NCBI GenBank assembly: GCA_017629895.1
Contig: JAGBWF010000051.1
Location: 1 to 32,093 of the forward strand
Direction: 5' to 3'
DNA: 32,093 nucleotides
DNA from: Clostridia bacterium
GTDB taxonomy: Bacteria; Bacillota; Clostridia; Oscillospirales; CAG-382
Position numbers and translations under genes: made by a program. Under the pieces are notes generated by a model. That model worked only from the letters and a program-made list of their open reading frames with translations. It did not search any database and was not told the origin of the DNA. Positions 8,623-17,864 of this stretch are shown one piece after another (the stretch's first letter is position 1; each line of letters starts with the position of its first letter).

Positions 8623-9995
8623 TATTCTGTCGGAACGATGCTCATAGTATCGCGGACAACGTCGGATATTACAAAATATACCGTTTTGCCGTCGATTCGG
8701 AGGGGAATAGGCGCATAGCACGCTTCGGGAGCTTCGTTTTTGCTCTTGTAAATAGCGCAGTCGATATAATTATCTGAGGTCTGGGCGCGGAGTCTTGCCT
8801 GCCAAAGAGGAACTTTATCCTCGGACAGCGATGCGATAGGAACCGTTGCCGCTATCTCATACAGCGTTTCGTCGCTTCCTTCGTAGCTGTAAAGACTGCC
8901 GATGAGGATATCGGTGTTTGTTCTGCAGATAAAAAGGCTGTCAACAGGATTTTGCTCGCGGTCTACAAGCAGGAATGCGTCGTAGATCTCGACTCCGTCG
9001 TAATCGTTTTCGAGCAGAACGCGGACCTTTTCGTAATATGCGGCTGATTCGCGTTCGTGTTTTCTTTCGTCAAGCGCTTGCTGTACATAGCCTGCGGTGA
9101 TATAGCAGAACGCAAAAGCAGAAATACAGAGTACTATTCGCAAAATAACGGTTCTTGCGCGGCTCGGGCCATAGCTGACAAGCTCGGTCGGAGCCTGCGA
9201 AATATCAAACGTGTCGGTCGGGGAGTTAAAGGAATCGGGCTCGGACAGCTGCCTTGCGGCAAGCTTGCCGTAATTGAGCTGAGGAATCTCTTTTGCAAGA
9301 AGGGCGAAAAGCTCATTCGCCTCCTCTGTTTTGCCGAGAAGCTGCGCCAGGCGCGCCCTGCAAAAGATACGGTGGTACCTGTCGTGCTCTGTGCGTGTGG
9401 GTGCTTCAAGCCATTTTTCACAATCGTCGAATCGGCGTTCAAGGTACATACGGTAGAAGCTCATGCGCAAATGCCTCTTTTTCAGAGTGTCTTGCCTGCT
9501 TTGCTTTTCCTTGGATAAACGTTCGTCAAAAAGCGAGCAAACCTCGCGTAGCTTTTCGTCCTCGCCGAGATCGAAATAAACGTTTGCGAGATAGGTGAGA
9601 TAGTAATATCCGTAACGCTTTGACAAGGCGGGTATCTTCGATTTGCTTTCGCAGACAGCGACGACGGAGCTGTAATTGCCGATAGCATATTCCGCGTAGA
9701 GCTGATAGGTAGAAGCCTTGTTATCGAATTTGCGCGCGCGGACGAGCGCGAGAAAAGCCTCGGCATCGAGCTTTTGCGACACAAGCGAGAAAATAAATTT
9801 TCTCACAAAAATGCGAACGAAAATCAACACGAGATACAGCAATATTATCGGAGCCGTGATTATAAGGGGAATTATCCGAGTCAAAACAACGGCGTAATAG
9901 ACGATTGCAGCGATCAGGATAATAGCCGACGTCGAAAAGTAGTATTTAAGAAAGGCTTTTTGCCCTCTTTTGTATGCTTCGGGAGAAAGGTTCAT
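8622..9995 (-). CDS. Hypothetical membrane protein (2 N-terminal TMs, TPR-like helical region, TM, C-terminal domain)
   Basis: SD AAGGAGG; 457-aa ORF; hydrophobic segments; YLANVYFDLGEDEK and RARLAQLLGKTEEANELF are TPR-like. Confidence 0.7.
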   Translation of the reverse strand: MNLSPEAYKRGQKAFLKYYFSTSAIILIAAIVYYAVVLTRIIPLIITAPIILLYLVLIFVRIFVRKFIFSLVSQKLDAEAFLALVRARKFDNKASTYQLYAEYAIGNYSSVVAVCESKSKIPALSKRYGYYYLTYLANVYFDLGEDEKLREVCSLFDERLSKEKQSRQDTLKKRHLRMSFYRMYLERRFDDCEKWLEAPTRTEHDRYHRIFCRARLAQLLGKTEEANELFALLAKEIPQLNYGKLAARQLSEPDSFNSPTDTFDISQAPTELVSYGPSRARTVILRIVLCISAFAFCYITAGYVQQALDERKHERESAAYYEKVRVLLENDYDGVEIYDAFLLVDREQNPVDSLFICRTNTDILIGSLYSYEGSDETLYEIAATVPIASLSEDKVPLWQARLRAQTSDNYIDCAIYKSKNEAPEACYAPIPLRIDGKTVYFVISDVVRDTMSIVPTE

Positions 9996-10023
9996 CTGTT
10001 TACCTCCTTGATGTCGGAAGGAG

Positions 10024-10569
10024 TTACTTCTTTTTAATTATCTTTCCGATAGCTTTTGTGGTTTTTTTGACGGTTTTGGTTATAGCGTTGCCGTCCTTTT
10101 TCTTTTTTGTGCCGCCAAGCTCGTCGTAAGCCATATTGAGCGCCATTTTCGCCGCCATTTTGCGAACCTCACTGCGCTTTCCGGCGAAGACGAAGGTGGT
10201 GGAATAGCATTTTTCGTTTGTTGCAACGCCGATGCAGACGGTGCCGACGGGTTTAACCGAGCCGTCGTTCGAGGGGCCCGCAATGCCGGTAACCGAGACT
10301 GCGATATCCGCCTCCGCAAGCTTTAAAACACCTGCCGCCATTTCGCAGGCGGTCTGCTCGGAAACCGCGCCGAAGGCTTTAAGCGTATCGGGAGAAACGC
10401 CCAAAAGCTTTATTTTCGCCTCGTTCGAATAGGTGGTAACCGCCATATTGAACACCGCGCTCGCACCGGGGGTGTCGGTTATCGTTTTTGCGATAAGACC
10501 GCCCGTGCAGGATTCGGCGACGGCGATATGCTTGCCTTGCTTTTTTAATCGGTTGATAAGCGATTTCAT
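10024..10569 (-). CDS. cinA: CinA C-terminal / PncC nicotinamide-nucleotide amidohydrolase
   Basis: IAVAESCTGGL, TYSNEAK, GAVSEQTACEMA, SVTGIAGP, PVGTVCI. Confidence 0.9.
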   Translation of the reverse strand: MKSLINRLKKQGKHIAVAESCTGGLIAKTITDTPGASAVFNMAVTTYSNEAKIKLLGVSPDTLKAFGAVSEQTACEMAAGVLKLAEADIAVSVTGIAGPSNDGSVKPVGTVCIGVATNEKCYSTTFVFAGKRSEVRKMAAKMALNMAYDELGGTKKKKDGNAITKTVKKTTKAIGKIIKKK

Positions 10570-10575
10570 ATAACT

Positions 10576-11745
10576 TTACCCCAATTTAACAAAATGGTCG
10601 GTTGCGAGAGCGCGTTCGACGAGACCTTCGACGTCGAGCTTTGCCTCTTCCTCTAAAATTTCCGCCATATCGGGACGGGTGTCGGGGTGCTTCGGCGTGA
10701 AAACGGTACAGCAGTCCTCATAGGGAAGTATCGAGGTATCGAAGGTGCCGATTTCTCTTGCGCGGACAACGATCTCCTCTTTATCCAAGCCGACGCAGGG
10801 ACGGAGCACGGGCACCGTTGCGACCGCATCGGTAACTGCAAGTGCCTGCATCGTCTGGCTTGCGACCTGTCCCAGACTTTCGCCGGTTATAAGACAGCCC
10901 GCGCCGTATCTTTCGGCGAGCCTCGATGCACAACGCACCATAAAGCGACGGAGAAGCAGGGTGAACAGCTTTTCCTTGCAGGTTGCAACGAGCGTTTCCT
11001 GTACCTCGGTGAGTGAAACCGAGTGGAGATATATCTCACCGCAGTATTCGGTAAGGATTTCGGCGAGCGTGCGTACCTTTTCCGCCGCCAATTCGCCGGT
11101 ATAGGGGGGCGTTTCGAAATAAACCGCGTCGATAGCCGCGCCGCGCCTTGCGATCATGTGGCCTGCAACGGGGCTGTCGATCCCGCCCGAGAGCATAAGC
11201 ATAGCTCTGCCCGAGGAGCCGACGGGAACACCGCCTGCGCCCTTTTCGCCGTTGCCGTGGATAAACGCCTGCCTGTCGCGGATTTCGATGGTTATCACGC
11301 GCTCGGGATTTATAACGTCAACCTTCATATCGGGGCGGTTTTCGAGCACGATTCCGCCGCATATCGCGCAGATTTCGGGGGATTTGAGAGGGAACTTCTT
11401 ATCGCTTCGCTTCGCGTCGCACTTAAAGGTTTTTGCGTTGCCCAAAAGCTCGTCGATATTTTCGGCAAGCACGCGCTTGATATCCTCCATATCCTTTTCG
11501 CAGGCGAGTCCGCGGCAGACGGTTGCGATACCGAAAACCTTTTTGACACGCTCGTACGCGCCGTCGATATCGGCGTCGTCGGAGGGGGTTATGCAAAGCG
11601 TGGACTGGGCGTAATCGAAATAAAATTCGCCCTCGACGCTTTTGAGAGCGCGCCTTACACGGCTTTCAAGCTTGGTGTTGAAAAAGCTTCTGTTGAGCCC
11701 CTTGAGCACGATTTCTCCGTATTTTAAAAGTATGACTTCTTTCAT
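10576..11745 (-). CDS. thiI: tRNA 4-thiouridine(8) synthase ThiI (no rhodanese domain)
   Basis: ILLKYGEIVLKGLNR, THUMP region, PP-loop LSGGIDSPVA, TGESLGQVASQT, PYEDCC. Confidence 0.95.
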   Translation of the reverse strand: MKEVILLKYGEIVLKGLNRSFFNTKLESRVRRALKSVEGEFYFDYAQSTLCITPSDDADIDGAYERVKKVFGIATVCRGLACEKDMEDIKRVLAENIDELLGNAKTFKCDAKRSDKKFPLKSPEICAICGGIVLENRPDMKVDVINPERVITIEIRDRQAFIHGNGEKGAGGVPVGSSGRAMLMLSGGIDSPVAGHMIARRGAAIDAVYFETPPYTGELAAEKVRTLAEILTEYCGEIYLHSVSLTEVQETLVATCKEKLFTLLLRRFMVRCASRLAERYGAGCLITGESLGQVASQTMQALAVTDAVATVPVLRPCVGLDKEEIVVRAREIGTFDTSILPYEDCCTVFTPKHPDTRPDMAEILEEEAKLDVEGLVERALATDHFVKLG

Positions 11746-11781
11746 ATTGTGGGCTTGCGGAGCTTCCGCATATCCTTTCGT

Positions 11782-12906
11782 TTATCTTGTGAGCCTTTTT
11801 ATGATCTGAACGAGCCTTTCGGCGAGAATTTCTATTTCCTGCTCGGTGTTGTGCCAGCCGAAGCTGATTCTGAGCGTACCGTCGATCTCTTCCTTCGTAA
11901 GCCCGTAAGCAGTCAAAGCACCGCTCGGACCCTTTCTTGCCGAGCAGGCACTGCCTGCCGACACGCATACGCCCTGAAGATCGAGCGCGTTGAGCATAAC
12001 CTCGCTCCGAGCGCCCTTTACCGAGAGCGAAAGGACCGTGCTTATATGCTTTTCGGGAAGGTTGAGCTTTATAATATCGCCGTATTGCGAAAAAACCGAA
12101 ATCGCCTTGGCATGAAGCGCCGAGATATGCTCGGAATACTTCGGAAATTCGGCACAAGCTGCGGCAAATGCGGCGATGCCCGCGGTATTTTCGGTGCCCG
12201 AGCGCAGATTACGCTCCTGACCGCCGCCGTGGATAAATGCGGGAAGCTTTATTCCGCTTTTGCAATAGAGCGCGCCGACACCCTTTATTCCGCCTATCTT
12301 ATGTGCCGAAATGCTCGCAAGGTCGCAATTTTTCGCGATGATCCGCTTGTCTGTTTTAAGATATCCCTGCACCGCATCGCAGTGGAAAAGCGCACCGCTT
12401 TGGCTTTTGTCGATAAGCCTTCTCACAGCGGCAATATCGTATTCGGCACCCGTTTCGTTGTTCGCAAGCATTATGCTCACAAAGGCGGCACCGTCTTTGA
12501 GCGCGTTTTCGAGAACCGCTTGGTCGAGACTGCCGTTTTTGGTGGGGATATATACAACCTCCCAGCCCTCAGATTCGAGCGCTTTTATCGGGTTTGAAAC
12601 CGAGGGGTGCTCGCTGTCGGTGGTGATGATTCGCTTCGAGCGCCTCGCACGGAGCTTCGCGAGCCCGAATATCGCCTGATTGTTGCTTTCGCTTCCGCCT
12701 CCGGTGAAAATAATTTCCTCGGGCTTGCAGAAAAGCGATGCCGCAACCGTTTTGCGAGCCTCGTCGATAAGCCTTTTCGCCCTTATTCCCGCTGTGTGAA
12801 GCGAGCTCGGATTTCCGTATTCGTTTATTGCGTTTATCGCGGCGTTTTTTGCCGTTTCGAGCGGCAGAGTCGTCGCCGCGGAGTCGAAATAAATAATATC
12901 GTTCAT
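11782..12906 (-). CDS. iscS: Cysteine desulfurase, class I (IscS/NifZ-like; likely sulfur donor for ThiI)
   Basis: YFDSAATT, GNPSSLH, HCDAVQ, SAHK, RSGTEN, SAGSACS; directly upstream of thiI, as in Firmicute nifZ-thiI. Confidence 0.9.
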   Translation of the reverse strand: MNDIIYFDSAATTLPLETAKNAAINAINEYGNPSSLHTAGIRAKRLIDEARKTVAASLFCKPEEIIFTGGGSESNNQAIFGLAKLRARRSKRIITTDSEHPSVSNPIKALESEGWEVVYIPTKNGSLDQAVLENALKDGAAFVSIMLANNETGAEYDIAAVRRLIDKSQSGALFHCDAVQGYLKTDKRIIAKNCDLASISAHKIGGIKGVGALYCKSGIKLPAFIHGGGQERNLRSGTENTAGIAAFAAACAEFPKYSEHISALHAKAISVFSQYGDIIKLNLPEKHISTVLSLSVKGARSEVMLNALDLQGVCVSAGSACSARKGPSGALTAYGLTKEEIDGTLRISFGWHNTEQEIEILAERLVQIIKRLTR

Positions 12907-12928
12907 AGAAATACTCCTATTCGATTTT

Positions 12929-12956
12929 ATTATAACACAAAGAAAAAACTTGTCAA
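12929..12956 (-). promoter_or_regulatory. sigmaA promoter for the desulfurase-thiI-cinA operon
   Basis: Minus strand TTGACA, 16 nt, TATAAT with a TG extension. Confidence 0.75.
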
Positions 12957-13034
12957 CAATAATAAAATCTATTTAGGGGCAAAAATTTTCGGGTATTTAT
13001 ATATAAAATATAATAAAAATTATATATAAGGGGG

Positions 13035-13063
13035 TTTACAATCGGGATAAAAAGATGTATAAT
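13035..13063 (+). promoter_or_regulatory. sigmaA promoter for rny
   Basis: TTTACA, 17 nt, TATAAT, preceded by an AT-rich tract. Confidence 0.7.
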
Positions 13064-13250
13064 TACCGTGAATACCGATGTCAAGGCTTTGTCAGTCAAA
13101 GAAAAAGCGGTTTTTATAGCTTGATAAACCGCAATAAAATGCTTTGCACGGCGAAATAACGATATATTTGTATGAAAAACCGAATATAAAACTTATCAGT
13201 CGGACAAAAATCCTTGCCTTCGGGATAAAATAAATTTAAGGAGGCAAAAA

Positions 13251-14792
13251 ATGGACCTTTACTTAGCAATCGGCTTAATCGCCGCTGCCGCCGTCGTTGG
13301 TGTCCTTATCGGAGTTCTGGTTCGCAAGGCTGTTGCCGAAAAGAAGATCGGCGGAGCAGAAGCACAGGCGAAAAGAATTATCGAGGACGCAACCAAAGCT
13401 GCCGAAACGGCAAAAAAGGAAAAGCTTGTAGAAGCTAAAGAAGAAGCGCTCAAGATCAAGAACGATACCGAGCGCGAACTGAAAGAGAGAAGAAACGACC
13501 TTCAGCGCATGGAAAGACGCGCAATGCAGAAGGAAGAAAATCTCGACAAGAAGTATGAATCCCTCGAAAAGAAAGAAGAAACGCTTAATGCGAAGATCCG
13601 CGAAAACGAGGAGCTGAAAACAAAAGCGGAAGAAATCGTGGCACAGCAGGAGGAGATGCTCCAGAAGATCTCGGGAATGACCTCCGAGGACGCGCGTGCC
13701 GCACTTATGGAGCGTGTCGAAAGCGAAGCAAGACACGAAATGGCAATGAAGCTGCTCGAGGTAGAGCAGGAATACAAGGATAAGGCAGAGGACGAGGCAA
13801 AGAACATTATCGCTCTCGCTATCCAGCGCTGCGCGGCGGACAGTGTTTCCGAAGCAACCGTATCGGTAGTAGACCTTCCCAACGATGAAATGAAGGGCAG
13901 AATTATCGGACGCGAGGGCAGAAACATCCGCGCAATCGAAACGCTTACCGGCGTTGACCTTATTATCGACGATACCCCCGAGGCGATCGCTATCTCCACC
14001 TTTGATCCCGTTCGCCGCGAGGTTGCAAGAATGACTCTCGAAAAGCTCATCTCCGACGGCCGTATCCACCCCTCGAGAATCGAGGAAACCGTCGAAAAGA
14101 GCCGCAAGGAAGTCGAAGCCGTTATTAAGAAGGAGGGCGAACAGGCCACCTACGAAACCGGCGTTCACGGCATAAATCCCGAGCTTGTCAAGCTTCTTGG
14201 TAGGCTCAAATACCGTACCAGCTACGGTCAGAACGTATTGAAGCACTCTATCGAGGTTGCTCACATTGCAGGAATGATCGCTTCCGAATTGGGCGTTGAC
14301 GTCGCTCAGGCGAAGCGCGCAGGTCTGCTTCACGATATCGGTAAGGCGATGACACACGAAATCGACGGCTCGCACGTTCAGATCGGTGTAGACCTTGCCC
14401 GCAAGTATAAAGAAAGCCGCGAAATAGTTCACGCTATCGAGGCACACCACGGCGACGTTGAGCCCCATACCCTTGTTGCTATGATCGTTCAGGCGGCAGA
14501 TGCGGTTTCGGCGGCTCGTCCCGGCGCAAGACGCGAAAATCTCGAAACCTATATCAAGCGTTTGCAGAAGCTCGAAGAGATTGCAACCTCCTTTACCGGT
14601 GTTGAAAAATCCTTCGCTATTCAGGCGGGCAGAGAAGTACGCATTATGGTCAAGCCCGACGAGGTGAACGACGACGAAATGGTATTTATCGCAAGGGATA
14701 TCGCCCGCAAGATCGAAGAAGAGCTTGAATATCCCGGACAGATCAAGATAAACGTGATCAGAGAAATGCGCCAAGTAGACTACGCGAAGTAA
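13251..14792 (+). CDS. rny: Ribonuclease Y
   Basis: N-terminal TM, coiled coil, KH domain ([14 protein letters not shown]), HD domain (HSIEVA...LLHDIGK...HH...[12 protein letters not shown]). Confidence 0.97.
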   Translation: MDLYLAIGLIAAAAVVGVLIGVLVRKAVAEKKIGGAEAQAKRIIEDATKAAETAKKEKLVEAKEEALKIKNDTERELKERRNDLQRMERRAMQKEENLDKKYESLEKKEETLNAKIRENEELKTKAEEIVAQQEEMLQKISGMTSEDARAALMERVESEARHEMAMKLLEVEQEYKDKAEDEAKNIIALAIQRCAADSVSEATVSVVDLPNDEMKGRIIGREGRNIRAIETLTGVDLIIDDTPEAIAISTFDPVRREVARMTLEKLISDGRIHPSRIEETVEKSRKEVEAVIKKEGEQATYETGVHGINPELVKLLGRLKYRTSYGQNVLKHSIEVAHIAGMIASELGVDVAQAKRAGLLHDIGKAMTHEIDGSHVQIGVDLARKYKESREIVHAIEAHHGDVEPHTLVAMIVQAADAVSAARPGARRENLETYIKRLQKLEEIATSFTGVEKSFAIQAGREVRIMVKPDEVNDDEMVFIARDIARKIEEELEYPGQIKINVIREMRQVDYAK

Positions 14793-14959
14793 GTTTTAAG
14801 ACGTTGTAGCGGTGCATCTCGCACCAAACTCACCGCTCGCAGTAGGTTTCTACAGCTTCGGGTTCGTTTGGCACGACCTGCGCTCGCTCCAATCATCTTA
14901 AAACGGTAGAAGCGCGTTTGTCCAATCTGCATCCGCTCCAACCGTCTTAAAACGGTCGA
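14793..14959. repeat. Long imperfect hairpin with a duplicated 3' arm (REP/MITE-like)
   Basis: GTTTTAAGACGTTGTAGCGGTGCA (14793-14816) is imperfectly complementary to both 14879-14904 and 14928-14953; those two arms are direct repeats 49 bp apart. Confidence 0.7.
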
Positions 14960-15113
14960 AAGCGTTGCGGACACAAGAATCCACGCGCATGTCGCGGATT
15001 TTTATGGGATTAAATTGTAAAAGCGGTTTGCGCTCGTTTTGAACCGCTTAAAACGGGCAAACAACGGTTTTGCTTCAAAACGTATAACAGAAAATTCTGC
15101 AGGGTTGGTGTTT

Positions 15114-15908
15114 ATGATAAGAGTCCTTGCGGTAGGAGACGTATTCGGCACGCCGGGTATGGATTTTGTCCGTAAAAACTTAAGAAAAATAATAAATGCC
15201 GAGCAGGCGGATCTTGTTATAGTAAACGCAGAAAACGCGCACGAGGGAAGCGGTCTCGATAAATACGACGCCGATCTTCTTTTCGACAGCGGCGCGGACG
15301 TGCTCACGGGCGGCAATCATTCCTTCCGCCGTTATGCGATATTCGATCTTCTGGAAAGAGAGCCGAGGGTTTTGCGCCCGCTCAACTTTCCGCCCGAATC
15401 CGCGGGTGAGGGATATTGCATCGTCCCTGTCAAAAACGGCTTGCGCGCGCTTGTTATTTCGGTTTGCGGTCAGGTCTTTATGGACCCGAACGATTCGCCC
15501 TTCCGTGCGGTCGAAAGATTGCTTTCACAGCTCGAGGGGAAATATGATTTCGCAATATGCGATTTTCACGGCGAAGCGACGAGCGAAAAGCTTGCGTTTA
15601 TGCACGTTTTCGACGGCAGACTGCAGATAGTTTTCGGAACGCATACTCACATACAAACGGCAGACGAGCGTCTGACAGACCGCGGAAGCGGATATATCAC
15701 AGATATCGGAATGTGCGGCGGCGAGGATTCGATTATCGGGGTAACCTATGAAACCGCAGTGCCGAGATACACGCAGAATATTCGGATGAAGGGCATTCCT
15801 TCGAAGGAAAACGTGTGTCTGCGCGGCGCGGTGTTCGAAATCGATGAATCCACGCATTACTGCACGAACGTAAAAAGAATCAAATACAGCGAAGGTAATT
15901 TAAAATGA
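15114..15908 (+). CDS. ymdB: YmdB-like metallophosphoesterase
   Basis: Start ATG 15114; VGDVFG, NAEN, TGGNH, DFHGEATSEK, GTHTH, TDIGMCG; rny-ymdB synteny. Confidence 0.92.
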   Translation: MIRVLAVGDVFGTPGMDFVRKNLRKIINAEQADLVIVNAENAHEGSGLDKYDADLLFDSGADVLTGGNHSFRRYAIFDLLEREPRVLRPLNFPPESAGEGYCIVPVKNGLRALVISVCGQVFMDPNDSPFRAVERLLSQLEGKYDFAICDFHGEATSEKLAFMHVFDGRLQIVFGTHTHIQTADERLTDRGSGYITDIGMCGGEDSIIGVTYETAVPRYTQNIRMKGIPSKENVCLRGAVFEIDESTHYCTNVKRIKYSEGNLK

Positions 15909-16336
15909 ACGTTACAAATCTTTTAATGCTTGAGCAGGCGCCCCAGCAGGGCTCGTTGCTCATCACGCTTCTTCCTCTTGCACTTCTCGCAATCGTGTTC
16001 TATTTCTTCCTTTACCGTCCTCAGAAGAAGCAGGAAAAGGAAGTTGCCGATATGCGCAACTCGGTTGAGCTCGGCGACGTTATCGTTACCGCAGGCGGTA
16101 TTGTCGGTATGGTCGTTAAGGTAACCGATGAAATGCTTCTTATCGAAACCTCCGGCAACAGAACCAAGATCCAGATTCAGAAATGGGCGGTTCAGTCGGT
16201 GCTCGAAAAGGCAAACGAGCCCGAGACCAAGGAAGTAAAGTCTGTCAAGGTTGACAGCGGCATAAAAATGAAGCAAAAAGAAGACAAGTCCGAAAAGAAA
16301 TCGCTTTTCGGCAAGAAGAACAGCGAAGATAAATAA
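15905..16336 (+). CDS. yajC: Preprotein translocase subunit YajC
   Basis: FYFFLYRPQKKQ...GDVIVTAGGIVG; ATGA overlap with ymdB. Confidence 0.93.
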   Translation: MNVTNLLMLEQAPQQGSLLITLLPLALLAIVFYFFLYRPQKKQEKEVADMRNSVELGDVIVTAGGIVGMVVKVTDEMLLIETSGNRTKIQIQKWAVQSVLEKANEPETKEVKSVKVDSGIKMKQKEDKSEKKSLFGKKNSEDK

Positions 16337-16340
16337 TTCA

Positions 16341-16366
16341 AACGGGGCTGTTTTTACAGTCCCGTT
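16341..16366 (+). terminator. Hairpin after yajC (weak terminator or stabiliser)
   Basis: AACGGGGCTGT / ACAGTCCCGTT stem; poor U tract. Confidence 0.45.
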
Positions 16367-16408
16367 ACAATTTCCCTAACCGAAGTAATCGTTGACAGGA
16401 GAGGAAAA

Positions 16409-17635
16409 ATGAAAAAATCACTTCAAAGAAAATATGCAAAGCTGCTTGTAAAGCAGGGAATCAACGTTCAGAAGGGACAGCAGGTTAATATCTCGGCAGA
16501 CGTTGAATCGGCGGAGTTTGTTGCGATACTTGCCGAGGAGGCATACCGCGCAGGCGCGGGCGAGGTCAGAGTCGATTGGACCATGACACAGCTCACAAAG
16601 CTTGCATACAGACATCAGTCGGTTAAAAAGCTCTGCGAGGTGCCCGATTGGTACGTCGAAAGAGCAAAGCACGATTCCGAGATTCTTCCCGCAAGAATCG
16701 CGCTTCTTTCTCAGGACCCCGACGGCTTGGCGAGCGTTAATCAGGATAAGCTTGCAAAGGCAAGCATTGCCATATCGAGAAAGATAAAGCCCTACCGCGA
16801 TGCGATGGACAACAAGCATCAATGGCTTGTCTGCGCGATACCCGGTAAGGCTTGGGCGAAAAAGATGTTCCCGAACGACCGCACGAGCGTTGCCGTCGAA
16901 AAGCTTTGGGAGGCTATCCTTTCCACCGTTGAATGCGGAGAGGAAAACGATTGCATCGAGGCTTGGGATATCAAAAACGAGAATTTCCGAGCAAAATGCG
17001 AATGGCTCAACGCTCAGCAGTTCGATTACCTGCACTATAAATCGGCAAACGGTACCGATTTCAAATGCGAGCTGATGAAGGAAAGCGTCTGGTGCGGCGG
17101 CGGCGAATATACCCTTTCGGGCGTGTTCTATAACCCGAATATGCCCACCGAGGAAATATTCACCACTCCCATGAAGGGCAAATGCAGCGGCAGATTGGTG
17201 TCTGCGATGCCCCTTTCGGTAAGAGGAACGCTTATCGAAAACTTTTATATCGATTTCGAAGACGGCAGAGCTGTCGCTTGGCACGCCGAAAAGGGCGAAG
17301 AAGCGCTCGGTAAAATAATCACCACCGATGAAGGAAGCAGAATGCTCGGCGAGCTTGCGCTCGTGCCCAAGGATTCGGCTATCGCAGAAAGCGGATTGCT
17401 TTATTACAACACGCTTTTCGACGAAAACGCATCCTGCCACGTGGCTCTCGGTATGGGATATACCGGCTGTGTCAAGGGCTTTGAAAATATGACGCTCGAC
17501 GAGCTTCACGAGCTCGGCGTGAACGATTCGATGATACACGTCGATTTTATGATCGGCAGTAAGGACCTTTGCATTACCGGCTATAAGGACGGCAAGGCAA
17601 CTCCTATATTCGTCGACGGCAAGTGGGCGGAATAA
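16409..17635 (+). CDS. Aminopeptidase, M29 family (AmpS/PepS/AmpT)
   Basis: PNMPTEEIFTTP, LGELALV, NTLFDENASCHVALG, NDSMIHVDFMIG. Confidence 0.93.
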   Translation: MKKSLQRKYAKLLVKQGINVQKGQQVNISADVESAEFVAILAEEAYRAGAGEVRVDWTMTQLTKLAYRHQSVKKLCEVPDWYVERAKHDSEILPARIALLSQDPDGLASVNQDKLAKASIAISRKIKPYRDAMDNKHQWLVCAIPGKAWAKKMFPNDRTSVAVEKLWEAILSTVECGEENDCIEAWDIKNENFRAKCEWLNAQQFDYLHYKSANGTDFKCELMKESVWCGGGEYTLSGVFYNPNMPTEEIFTTPMKGKCSGRLVSAMPLSVRGTLIENFYIDFEDGRAVAWHAEKGEEALGKIITTDEGSRMLGELALVPKDSAIAESGLLYYNTLFDENASCHVALGMGYTGCVKGFENMTLDELHELGVNDSMIHVDFMIGSKDLCITGYKDGKATPIFVDGKWAE

Positions 17636-17708
17636 ATTCTCGGAAATAACGCAATAATAAAATAAGGAGAGCGAAATCGCTTTTTAAGAGATAAACGTCC
17701 GCATAAAA

Positions 17709-17832
17709 GTCTTGCGACAAGGCTTCTGTGTCCGTGGGGATAGGGAAAAAGTCTTGCAACAAGGATTCTGTGTCCGCGGGGATAAGGAAAGGTCTTGCAA
17801 CAAGGCTTCTGTGTCCGCGGGTATAAAGCAAC
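17709..17832. repeat. Three tandem 41-42-bp repeats within an inverted-repeat-bounded insert
   Basis: Units start at 17709, 17751 and 17792, consensus GTCTTGCRACAAGGMTTCTGTGTCCGYGGGKATA; no unique spacers. Confidence 0.9.
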
Positions 17833-17864
17833 AAATCTCAAAAAAGCACATCGCGTATATAAAA

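Noticed and set aside
17709-17832. CRISPR array
   Set aside because: The units abut with no unique spacers, and there are no cas genes in the window.
17712-17864. N-terminal extension of the isomerase from TTG 17712
   Set aside because: It only translates the DNA repeats in shifting frames and has no SD; family-like sequence begins at 17865.
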